From NCBI GenBank assembly GCA_963675595.2, contig CAXXLZ010000002.1:352001-416000 (forward strand): a stretch of 64,000 bases of DNA, written 5' to 3'. Origin of the DNA: Thermodesulfobacteriota bacterium. Its GTDB lineage: Bacteria > Desulfobacterota > Desulfarculia > JACQYL01. Positions 55,751 through 64,000 of the stretch are shown here, piece by piece (position 1 is the first letter of the stretch; each line of letters starts with the position of its first letter). Both the position numbers and the translations under genes were made by a program. The notes beneath the pieces are model-generated. The model worked only from the letters and a program-made list of their open reading frames with translations. It had not been told where the DNA came from and searched no databases.

Positions 55751-57268
55751 ATGTCGGAAAACGAAAACGTAAACGTTTCTGAAACCGCCGAAGCACCGGA
55801 GAAGGCCGAGACTCCGCCGGAAGAACGCAACGAAGGGGAGAAGGTTCAGGACGACGCTCCCCGGACGGTTTCCGCGTCCCCGAGCCCAACGCCCGAGTCC
55901 AAGCCTTCCGTCAAAAGCGTGAAGGAGCCGCCTCCGGAAAAGAAGATCGCGCGCAGGATTCCCATCGAACGCCTGAGCGCGCATCGTCTCATGCAGTTAC
56001 AGGCCTGCACCCGGTGCGGTGAATGCCTCAACTGGTGCCCCGTATACGACCAAGATCGCAGTGAAAGCGTCATCCCCAGGACCAAGGCCCGGGAATTCCT
56101 CGAAATCATCCGAGGACAACACGGCCTGGCCGCCCGCATCCTGAACAGCTCGGCGACTCCGCAACCACTGAAGGGAATCATCCGGGGTTTGTTTCGGGTC
56201 CCTGAAGTCACCGACGACATGGTACAAAATTTCGCCGCCCACCTGTATGAATGTTCCACCTGCGGGCAGTGCGAAATTGTGTGCCCGGCCAACCTGGACA
56301 CGGTGAACCTGTGGGAAAACATCAGGGAGCTCATCGTGGAGGCGGGCTACGGCCCGTTGGAGAGTCAAACCCCGTTGGTGAAGAGCGTCAAGGCCTACGA
56401 CAATCCGTGGCAACAGCCTCGTCAGGCAAGAACCAAATGGGCCCGTCGAGCCAAAAAGGAAAAACTCATTGAAGACACGCCGCGGGAGATCAAGAAGACC
56501 AAGGGCAAGGTGCTGCTTTTCCTGGGGTGTACGGCGGTTTACGACGCCAACGTGCGTCAGATCGCCATCAACACCATCAATATTCTCGAGGCCTTGGGCG
56601 TGGACTACGGATGCCTGGGAGGAGACGAGAAATGCTGCGGCAGCGTGATGCTCCGCATGGGTGACTCCGAGTTCGAACGAATCGCCAAGGACAACATCCG
56701 GGTGTTCAACGATCTCGGCATCGATACGCTCATCAGTTCCTGCTCCGGTTGTTTTAAAACCATCAAGGAAGATTATCCCAAGGTGGGGGGCCTGAATTTC
56801 GAGGTTCTCCACATGGTCGAGTTCCTTCACCGCCTGCTCAAACAGGGAGACCTCGAGTTCACCCATCGAGTCGAGCGAAAGGTGACCTATCACGATCCTT
56901 GCCATTTGGGCCGCGCCGCCGGCGTATTCGACGCTCCTCGCGAAGTGATGAATGCGATCCCGGGACTCGAGCTGATCGAGATGGAACGAATCCGAAAATA
57001 TTCGAGGTGTTGCGGAGCCGGTGGGGGCGTCAAGGCGGGGTTCCCGGACATTCAGGGAAAGATGGCACAACGCCGTGTCCGCGAGGCCGAGGCCACGGGA
57101 GCTGAAGACCTGGTTTCCGCATGCCCGTTTTGCTTCGCCGGACTTCAGGTGGGCATCAAGGCCGCCGGTTCGCACCTCGTGATGAAAGACGTCACCAGCT
57201 TGGTGGCGAAAGCGTTGCTGGGAGCCAACGCCGAGGAAGGTGGGAGCGAGGCCAAAAAAACCGCTTGA
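55751..57268 (+). CDS. HdrD-like Fe-S / CCG-domain oxidoreductase
   Basis: CTRCGECLNWCP, CSTCGQCEIVCP, KCCG, SCSGC, YHDPCHLGR, RCCGAGGG, ACPFC; low-complexity N-terminus. Confidence 0.92.
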   Translation: MSENENVNVSETAEAPEKAETPPEERNEGEKVQDDAPRTVSASPSPTPESKPSVKSVKEPPPEKKIARRIPIERLSAHRLMQLQACTRCGECLNWCPVYDQDRSESVIPRTKAREFLEIIRGQHGLAARILNSSATPQPLKGIIRGLFRVPEVTDDMVQNFAAHLYECSTCGQCEIVCPANLDTVNLWENIRELIVEAGYGPLESQTPLVKSVKAYDNPWQQPRQARTKWARRAKKEKLIEDTPREIKKTKGKVLLFLGCTAVYDANVRQIAINTINILEALGVDYGCLGGDEKCCGSVMLRMGDSEFERIAKDNIRVFNDLGIDTLISSCSGCFKTIKEDYPKVGGLNFEVLHMVEFLHRLLKQGDLEFTHRVERKVTYHDPCHLGRAAGVFDAPREVMNAIPGLELIEMERIRKYSRCCGAGGGVKAGFPDIQGKMAQRRVREAEATGAEDLVSACPFCFAGLQVGIKAAGSHLVMKDVTSLVAKALLGANAEEGGSEAKKTA

Positions 57269-58020
57269 GGGGAAAGAAGAAGGGAGACGTCATTTCTCAA
57301 TATATCAAATACGCCTACTGGCTCGACGAATCCCGTCTAAAGGAGTTTCTGCGGAAAGCGGAAAGCGAACAACAGGCGGTGGGCGAAGCCCGAAAAGCGG
57401 TGTGCGTCCCTTTGTCCAAAACTTCGGGCATCACGCTGGTGATGCCCGAAGCCTGGCGAAAGACCGAACTCTGCAAACGCCCGTTGTCCTGGTATTGGGA
57501 CTCGCCGTTGGCCGGACACTACCTCGTGATCAGCCCGTCGGACCTGACGTCTTTGGGCTTGAGTGCCCAGATCATCCTGAGGGCGAGCTCTTTTCGTGCC
57601 GGGCGACTTCCTTCGGAAGAAGAAAAGCGAGTCCTGATCCGGAGAGAAAGTTATCTCTCGGCCAAACCCGATGCATGGGACGATCTTTCTTCCGAGGACC
57701 CCGCCTCCCTGGAACGCTGGATGCGGGTCATGGGCGTTCGTGGAATGCGCTACGAGGACCTGTTTCTCTCTCATTGCGCCAACCACGCGAACTTCATCGA
57801 ACCGGTCTTTTTCGTGGTGGAGAATGAAGAAGAAATGCCCTACTCCATTGCCGGCACCAAATTCATTTGTTCCGCTTGCCTTGAATTTTTCAACGTGATC
57901 GGAGCCGAATTTCACAAGAAGCTTGTGGTGCCGTGTCCCGGGGCGGTGCTCTTCGCGGGACTTCCCGTAAACCGTTACGTCGAGGTGGAGACTTTGGGGC
58001 CGCCGTTGATCGACTCGTGA
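57265..58020 (+). CDS. Uncharacterised Cys/His-containing protein; start uncertain
   Basis: Coding-like frame after the HdrD stop; in-frame TTG 57265 overlaps the TGA; HCANHAN, CSAC, PCPG motifs. Confidence 0.65.
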   Translation: MRGKKKGDVISQYIKYAYWLDESRLKEFLRKAESEQQAVGEARKAVCVPLSKTSGITLVMPEAWRKTELCKRPLSWYWDSPLAGHYLVISPSDLTSLGLSAQIILRASSFRAGRLPSEEEKRVLIRRESYLSAKPDAWDDLSSEDPASLERWMRVMGVRGMRYEDLFLSHCANHANFIEPVFFVVENEEEMPYSIAGTKFICSACLEFFNVIGAEFHKKLVVPCPGAVLFAGLPVNRYVEVETLGPPLIDS

Positions 58021-58232
58021 AATCGTTTCGGTCTGCATTCCCCGAAAGTCCGGCAGGCGCCGATGATGGGTTTCCGTCCTACTTGGGCATGGTTGCCGGA
58101 GACCGCACCGAATCGTTGAGATTCGACGAAACCGCTTGCCTCTCCGGCCCCATTCTTATAGAACTTCCAGGCACGATCCTGTAGGCCCCTCCAACTAAGC
58201 ATTGATCGGGCCGCGGGTGAAAGGGAGGAGCG

Positions 58233-59231
58233 ATGTACCGGGTGATCCGCAAGCTGTTCGTTTTGTCGGTGGCCCTCGTCACGATGTTCGGTACGCCCGC
58301 GGCGAGCAACGCGGGCACCGAAGAGGCCAAACCCGTTCGTATGGCCTATCTTCAGAGCGATATTCATCATCTCGCGTTCTGGGTGGCTCTGGAGCGAGGT
58401 TACTTTGAGAAAGAGGGCGTGGCCGTTGACGTCGCCGGCGTGTTCAAGGCCGGACCCGAAGTGATGACCGCGTTTGCGTCGGGTGCTCTGGATATGGCCT
58501 ATGTGGGAGAAGCCCCGGCCACGACCGCCGTTGCCAATGGAGCGGCGCGGGTGGTGGTGGTGTCCCAGGTGAACACCGAAGGCTCCGCCTTGGTCGTCTC
58601 CAAAGAAGATCACACCCTGACCTCCTTGAAGGACCTCCAGGAGAAAACCGTGGCCGTGCCCGGGCATTCCACCGTGCAGGATTTTCTGCTGCGCAGAGCA
58701 CTCGACAAGGCGTTCGAGCCTGAAGAGCTTTCCGATTACCGGGTAAACATCATCGTGATCAAGCCCCCGGAAATGATCGGTGCTTTGCGGACGGGCCAGA
58801 TCGACGCATTCGTGGCATGGGAACCCTATCCCTCCAAAGCCTTCACCATGGGCGTGGGACGGAACTTGGCCACCTCCCACGACATGTGGCCGGAACATCC
58901 TTGCTGCGTGCTGGCGGCGGACTCGAAATTCGCCGATTCCCACCCGGAACGGGTCCGGGCCGTATTGGCGGCACATCTGGCGGCCACGCGATTCATCCAC
59001 GATCATCCCGACGAAGCGGTTCGTATCGGGGTCAAATATACCGGAATGGACGAGGAAACCGTGAAGTCGGCCTTGAAGAACGTCCATTACACCACGAAGC
59101 TCAACGTCGAGGGTGAAAAAGAGTACGTGCGTTTCCTGACGGAACTCCAATACATTCGAGTGAAAAACCCCGACGCCTTTGTGGACCGTTTCATCAATCC
59201 CAAGTTCCTGAGCGAAATCCAAGCTCAATGA
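58233..59231 (+). CDS. ABC transporter substrate-binding protein (NitT/TauT/SsuA family)
   Basis: Signal peptide, GYFEKEG, LDMAYVG, AWEPY, HPCCVL. Confidence 0.9.
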   Translation: MYRVIRKLFVLSVALVTMFGTPAASNAGTEEAKPVRMAYLQSDIHHLAFWVALERGYFEKEGVAVDVAGVFKAGPEVMTAFASGALDMAYVGEAPATTAVANGAARVVVVSQVNTEGSALVVSKEDHTLTSLKDLQEKTVAVPGHSTVQDFLLRRALDKAFEPEELSDYRVNIIVIKPPEMIGALRTGQIDAFVAWEPYPSKAFTMGVGRNLATSHDMWPEHPCCVLAADSKFADSHPERVRAVLAAHLAATRFIHDHPDEAVRIGVKYTGMDEETVKSALKNVHYTTKLNVEGEKEYVRFLTELQYIRVKNPDAFVDRFINPKFLSEIQAQ

Positions 59232-59983
59232 AATGGAAACGTGCTCTTCCCCCATTGTGCCTGATTGTGATTTGGCAGGGGTTGTCTTCTCTGGGACTCA
59301 TTCCGTCCTTTAAACTCCCCTCCCCGAGAGAAGTATTGTGGGGTCTCTTGGATCTCTCAGTGGTCGGCATGCCGCCTGGACGGCTCTTGCACGACCATAT
59401 CCTCCACAGCCTTTACCGCGTATTTTCGGGTTACGGCGCCGCCGCTGTGATCGCAATTCCTCTGGGCATCGCCATGGGCTGGTCCCGGCGCCTCCGAGAC
59501 GCCTTCGAACCCATCGTCGAGATCATCCGTCCCATTCCACCGCTGGCCTGGATTCCCATAGCCATTCTTTGGTTCGGCATAGGAAACCGCTCGGCGGCAT
59601 TCATCATTTTCCTCGGTGCGTTCTTTCCGATTCTTCTGAACACCATTTCAGGGGTGGTTTCCATCGACCGAATTCTCATTGAAGCCGCGCGCACTTTGAA
59701 CGCTTCAAGCCGTGACATCTTTCTGAAGGTATTGCTTCCCGGCTCCGTACCTTCCATCATGACCGGTCTTCGCATCGGTATCGGCATAGGATGGATGACC
59801 TTGGTGGCCGCGGAATTCACGGGTGTACGCCAAGGATACGGACTGGGATACATGATCATGACCGCCCGAGATATCCAGCGCGCCGATGAAATCCTGGCCG
59901 GCATGCTGGTCATCGGAGCCATTGGACTTGCCATCGACGTCTCACTTCAATTCGTCGAAAGAAGGCTCATACAATGGCGATAA
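59228..59983 (+). CDS. ABC transporter permease (NitT/TauT family)
   Basis: LPSP, RPIPPLAWIP, EAA motif LIEAARTL, WMTLVAAE. Confidence 0.93.
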   Translation: MKWKRALPPLCLIVIWQGLSSLGLIPSFKLPSPREVLWGLLDLSVVGMPPGRLLHDHILHSLYRVFSGYGAAAVIAIPLGIAMGWSRRLRDAFEPIVEIIRPIPPLAWIPIAILWFGIGNRSAAFIIFLGAFFPILLNTISGVVSIDRILIEAARTLNASSRDIFLKVLLPGSVPSIMTGLRIGIGIGWMTLVAAEFTGVRQGYGLGYMIMTARDIQRADEILAGMLVIGAIGLAIDVSLQFVERRLIQWR

Positions 59984-59996
59984 GAATGAGAACATC

Positions 59997-60761
59997 ATGG
60001 CGTTAAGCCTTGAACTGGTGGAACTGACCAAGGTCTTCCAGTCCGATCGCGGCGAAGAGTCCGTCGAGGTCATCGCGCCGCTCAATTGTCGGGTGGAGAA
60101 GGGTCGCTTTGTTTCCATCGTAGGGCCCAGCGGGTGCGGCAAGACCACCCTGCTTCGTCTAATCGCCGGGCTCGATAAGGCTTCCGCAGGGAAGATCGTC
60201 CTGGACGGGAAGGTGGTTACACAACGGGATGAACGCGTGGGGCTCGTGTTTCAGGAATTCGCGTTGTTCCCCTGGAGAACGACCATCGAAAACATCGAGA
60301 TGGGCCTTGAGATCAAGCGGGTTCCCGAAAAAAAGCGCAGAGAGGCCGCCCTCGATTACATCCGAGCCTTCGGGCTTTCCGGGTTCGAAAACAAGTACCC
60401 CAAGGAACTCTCCGGCGGCATGAAGCAGCGGGTGGCCATTGCGCGAACGTTGATCATGAATCCCGAGGTGGTATTGATGGACGAACCCTTCGGCGCACTG
60501 GACAGCCAGACACGAAACGATTTACAAAGGTTCCTCCTGGATGTTTGGTCCAGACGTGGGGACACGATCCTGTTCGTGACTCACAACGTGGATGAGGCCG
60601 TGTTCTTAAGTGATCGGATTTTGGTATTGTCCAAACGACCGACCCGAATATTGGCCGGTTTCGAAGTCGACATGCCCAGACCTCGGGACCGGACCGGCAC
60701 CGACTCAAATCGAATTCGAAAGGCAATTCTCCGCCTCTTAGCGGAACCTGGAACCCCCTGA
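59997..60761 (+). CDS. ABC transporter ATP-binding protein (NitT/TauT family)
   Basis: GPSGCGKT, LSGGMKQR, LMDEPF, VTHNVDEA; ATG 59997. Confidence 0.94.
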   Translation: MALSLELVELTKVFQSDRGEESVEVIAPLNCRVEKGRFVSIVGPSGCGKTTLLRLIAGLDKASAGKIVLDGKVVTQRDERVGLVFQEFALFPWRTTIENIEMGLEIKRVPEKKRREAALDYIRAFGLSGFENKYPKELSGGMKQRVAIARTLIMNPEVVLMDEPFGALDSQTRNDLQRFLLDVWSRRGDTILFVTHNVDEAVFLSDRILVLSKRPTRILAGFEVDMPRPRDRTGTDSNRIRKAILRLLAEPGTP

Positions 60762-60762
60762 T

Positions 60763-62244
60763 ATGGCAAAACGCATCCTGCTGTTCTACCCTTCCCTCAC
60801 CCGGGTTCCACCGGCACGCCCTTTTTGGGAGCCCCTTCAGTTACTTCACCTAGCCAGGATGTTCGACGATGAATCGTTCTCCGTGGAGATCATCGACGGA
60901 CGAATCATTCGACATCCCTCGGACCTGAAACCTGCGTTGGACGCCGGCGACGTGCTTTGTTTCGCGGTGACGGCCATGACCAGTTACCAGGTCCTGCACG
61001 GACTGGAGTGGTCCCAATGGGTCAAGTCCCGAAATCCGGAACTTCCGGTAATCTGGGGGGGCTGGCATCCCACTCTTATGCCCTCACAAACCCTTGAGGA
61101 GCCTTGTATCGATATCGTGGTCAGGGGACAGGGGGAAGTCACCTTTCTCGAACTTTGCCGAGTCTTGGACTCCGGAGGAGAAATAAATCATGTCCGGGGC
61201 ATCATGTACAAAGCGGGCAAGGAGATTCGTGAGACGGCGCCACGCCCGCTGGTGGACCCCAACGACTTGCCTCCCGTGAACTTCGACCTGCTTTCGCCCT
61301 TGGATGCCTACCAACTCCGAAACATGCTGTACTACATGTCCAGCGTGGGATGCCCCTACCGGTGCTCCTACTGCTCCATGAACTCTTTTTCCCATCGAAA
61401 ATGGCTGGCGTTGAGCAGCGACCGCGTTGTGCGGGAGATTTCGGCGTACCGAGAGCGGTACGGCTTCCGCCAACTGATCTTCTGGGACAACGTATTCTTC
61501 ACGCGAAGCAAGAGGGCTGCGGAAATCTGCCGCGGCTTCATCGAGGAGAATTTGAACCTCGAATGGTGCGCCCACGGCCGAGTCAATGAAATCATGTCTT
61601 GGGACGACGAGTTTGTGGCGCTCCTGGCCCGCTCCGGATGCCGTAGCTTGTTTGTGGGAGCGGAGTCCGGGAGCCAGGCGATTCTGGATCGGATACACAA
61701 AGACATCAATGCGGAAGATTTTCCCAGGGCCGTGGAAAGACTCAAAAAACACGGGATTCAGCTTGCCGGCAACTGGATGGTGGGATTTCGCCATGAACGG
61801 GTGTCGGACGTGGCGGCCACCATGCGACAGATTTACCGGGGTCTCGCCCAATACGATTTCAACACGGAAGCTTTGGACGTTCATTTGTACCGATTCGTTC
61901 CCATGCCCGGAACCGATGAATACGAAGCACTTCCGCCCAATGAGAAGAAAGAACTGCCACAATCCATGCGGGAGTGGGGAAACTTTTTCGTGGAGGCCAT
62001 CGAGGACGGCATGAATCCGTGGGACGCGGACAAGAATCCCGGATTAGCCACCTCCTCCACTTTCTATTTGTGGTATGGATTCCTCAAACGGGGCGCACCC
62101 CGCGTGTGGAGAGAACGTCTGCTTCGATGGTGTTCGAGGCTTCGAGTGCGCTTTGGTTTGTTCCGCATCCCTATCGAGTGGTATCTTTGGAAACGAACCC
62201 GCGGTGGAACGGCATCTTCTTCATCATCCAAGCCGCGAACTTGA
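60763..62244 (+). CDS. Cobalamin-binding radical SAM protein
   Basis: B12-domain IWGGWHPT...GQGEVTF; SVGCPYRCSYC; WDNVF; GAESGSQ. Confidence 0.9.
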   Translation: MAKRILLFYPSLTRVPPARPFWEPLQLLHLARMFDDESFSVEIIDGRIIRHPSDLKPALDAGDVLCFAVTAMTSYQVLHGLEWSQWVKSRNPELPVIWGGWHPTLMPSQTLEEPCIDIVVRGQGEVTFLELCRVLDSGGEINHVRGIMYKAGKEIRETAPRPLVDPNDLPPVNFDLLSPLDAYQLRNMLYYMSSVGCPYRCSYCSMNSFSHRKWLALSSDRVVREISAYRERYGFRQLIFWDNVFFTRSKRAAEICRGFIEENLNLEWCAHGRVNEIMSWDDEFVALLARSGCRSLFVGAESGSQAILDRIHKDINAEDFPRAVERLKKHGIQLAGNWMVGFRHERVSDVAATMRQIYRGLAQYDFNTEALDVHLYRFVPMPGTDEYEALPPNEKKELPQSMREWGNFFVEAIEDGMNPWDADKNPGLATSSTFYLWYGFLKRGAPRVWRERLLRWCSRLRVRFGLFRIPIEWYLWKRTRGGTASSSSSKPRT

Positions 62245-62358
62245 AGCGCCGCCGGGCCATGCCCGGCGAAAACGCGCCCGACTCGGGCGCCGGACCATCG
62301 TTCCGAAGTCTCACGGTTCGAGAGAGCCGTTTTTTTACATTGTTAAAGGAGGTTCCTT

Positions 62359-62967
62359 ATGCATCGATTGGTTTTTCTTTCCACGGCTTGTTTGCTCCTC
62401 CCTCTCGTTTGCACCCAATGCTTTTCGGGCGACGGGGACAAACAAGCGACGACCACGGAGAAGCCCGTTGTCTTGGTCAAGACTTCCATGGGCGACATCC
62501 GGATCGAGCTGTGGCCCGACAAGGCTCCCGTTACCGTCGCGAATTTCCTCCGTTACGTGGACGAAGGCTTTTTCGACGGCCTGACCTTTCATCGGGTGGT
62601 TCCGGGATTCGTCATTCAAGGGGGGGGCTTTACCCCGGACATGGATCAGAAGTCGACTCACGCGCCCATCAAGAACGAGGCCGCAAGCGACGTGAAGAAT
62701 CTCCGGGGTACCCTGTCCATGGCTAGAACTCCGGTGGTGGACAGCGCCACTTCGCAGTTCTTCATCAATCTCAAAGACAATGATTTTCTGGATCACAAGA
62801 ATGAAACACCGAGCGGTTTCGGATACGCGGTATTCGGCAAGGTGGTCGAAGGAATGGATGTGGTGGACCGAATCGCGGAGGTGAAGACCACGAACAAGGG
62901 TCCGCATCAAAACGTTCCGGCCGAGCCCGTGGTCATGCAGGAGGCCACACTGGTCAAGGCCGAATAG
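62359..62967 (+). CDS. ppiA: Exported cyclophilin-type peptidyl-prolyl isomerase
   Basis: APVTVANF, FHRVVPGFVIQGGG, GTLSMART, SATSQFFIN, YAVFGKV; signal peptide. Confidence 0.95.
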   Translation: MHRLVFLSTACLLLPLVCTQCFSGDGDKQATTTEKPVVLVKTSMGDIRIELWPDKAPVTVANFLRYVDEGFFDGLTFHRVVPGFVIQGGGFTPDMDQKSTHAPIKNEAASDVKNLRGTLSMARTPVVDSATSQFFINLKDNDFLDHKNETPSGFGYAVFGKVVEGMDVVDRIAEVKTTNKGPHQNVPAEPVVMQEATLVKAE

Positions 62968-63004
62968 TCCCACGGCGCCTTCAACGGAGAGTCTCCGTTT
63001 TTCA

Positions 63005-63035
63005 GCCCCCGCGTCGGCGGGGGCCTTTTCGTTTT
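63005..63035 (+). terminator. Intrinsic terminator
   Basis: gcccccgc-gtcg-gcgggggc followed by cttttcgtttt. Confidence 0.75.
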
Positions 63036-64000
63036 CAACCTAGAAGAAGCTTCAATGCCTCCGACAGAGTCCGAACTCCCACCAGGGACATTTCTTTGGA
63101 GCCCGTCCCCCCTCCGAGACTCGAAGCGGGAAGAAAACATTTTCGGAAGCCCATTTTTTCCGCCTCCCTGAGACGGATATCCACCTGGGAAACGCCTCGG
63201 ATTTCCCCACTGAGCCCCACCTCGCCGAAAAGCACCGTATCCGAAGGAATGGTTCGGTCCATGGCGCTTGAAGCAATGGCTCCAACGATCCCCAGATCCA
63301 ATGCGGGTTCGTCCGTCTTGATTCCTCCGGCCACGTTGATGAACAGATCGTGTCCGGCAAGTTGAATCCCCGCCTTTCTCTCCATTACCGCCACCAGGAG
63401 AGACACCCGGGCGGAATCCACCCCGATGGTCACCCGCCTGGGAACTCCCAGGCTGCTGGGAGCCGCCAGCGCCTGAAGCTCCAGCAAAATGGGACGGGTC
63501 CCCTCCATACAGGGGACCACCACGCTGCCTGAAACATCCAGCGGCCGCTCTTCGAGCAGCAGTTGGGAAGGATTGGACACCTCGCTCAATCCCGAGTCCT
63601 TCATCTCGAAGACGCCGATTTCGTTGGTGGAGCCGAATCGGTTCTTTACGGCTCTCAGCACGCGAAATGCGTGTCCTCTGTCTCCCTCGAAATAAAGAAC
63701 GGTGTCCACCATGTGTTCAAGGACCCGTGGTCCCGCAATGGCCCCTTCTTTGGTCACGTGGCCCACCAGGAAGAAGGAAATGCCCGTGCGTTTGGACAGG
63801 TGCACCAGTCGGGCGGCCACCTCCCGCACCTGAGTCAGACTTCCGGGAGCCGACGCCACGCCTTCGGTGTACATGGTCTGAACGGAATCCACCACGACCG
63901 CCGAGGGACGACGTTCCTCCACTGCGCGACGAATTTCCTTGAGATACGTTTCCGTAAGAATGAGAATGGGAAGATCGTGCGCCCCCAGACGCATGCTGCG
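63035..64000 (-). CDS. radA: DNA repair protein RadA/Sms (partial, 5' end outside the window)
   Basis: VVDSVQT, GHVTKEG, AGPRVLEHMVD, KNRFG, GEVGLSGEIR. Confidence 0.97.
   Translation of the reverse strand, partial: RSMRLGAHDLPILILTETYLKEIRRAVEERRPSAVVVDSVQTMYTEGVASAPGSLTQVREVAARLVHLSKRTGISFFLVGHVTKEGAIAGPRVLEHMVDTVLYFEGDRGHAFRVLRAVKNRFGSTNEIGVFEMKDSGLSEVSNPSQLLLEERPLDVSGSVVVPCMEGTRPILLELQALAAPSSLGVPRRVTIGVDSARVSLLVAVMERKAGIQLAGHDLFINVAGGIKTDEPALDLGIVGAIASSAMDRTIPSDTVLFGEVGLSGEIRGVSQVDIRLREAEKMGFRKCFLPASSLGGGTGSKEMSLVGVRTLSEALKLLLG

Noticed and set aside
1-64000. CRISPR arrays, tRNA/rRNA genes, transposases, integrases or prophage genes
   Set aside because: No regularly spaced repeats, cloverleaf/rRNA signatures or such protein motifs were recognised by eye.

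Overview
GC-rich (by eye about 58-60%) bacterial chromosomal segment whose gene content points to an anaerobic deltaproteobacterium (Desulfobacterota-like). Left to right: a partial NodU/CmcH carbamoyltransferase; a 4xPAS hybrid histidine kinase; a divergent methylamine-type cluster (SoxB/MgdA-like flavoprotein, short non-Pyl MttB, GlnT/GmaS-like ligase); a stand-alone carboxyltransferase subunit; accessory enzymes; a type III restriction-modification pair; the oxidative pentose phosphate operon; a MITE-like element; patatin and plsB; and a periplasmic [NiFe]-hydrogenase operon. Next is a ~26 kb divergent catabolic/redox island around a GntR regulator. Its left arm carries GlcD- and HdrD-like oxidoreductases, a permease, an orphan MtaA-like methyltransferase, an arginase-family hydrolase, MmsA and a Nit1C-like radical SAM-GNAT fusion plus AIR-synthase-like protein. 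Its right arm carries a cysteine-less AOR homolog, a multiheme cytochrome c / cytochrome b / NarI / HdrD complex, an ABC transporter and a B12 radical SAM enzyme. The window ends with a cyclophilin and partial radA. No rRNA, tRNA or CRISPR array was seen. All product calls come from motif recognition by eye, not database searches.
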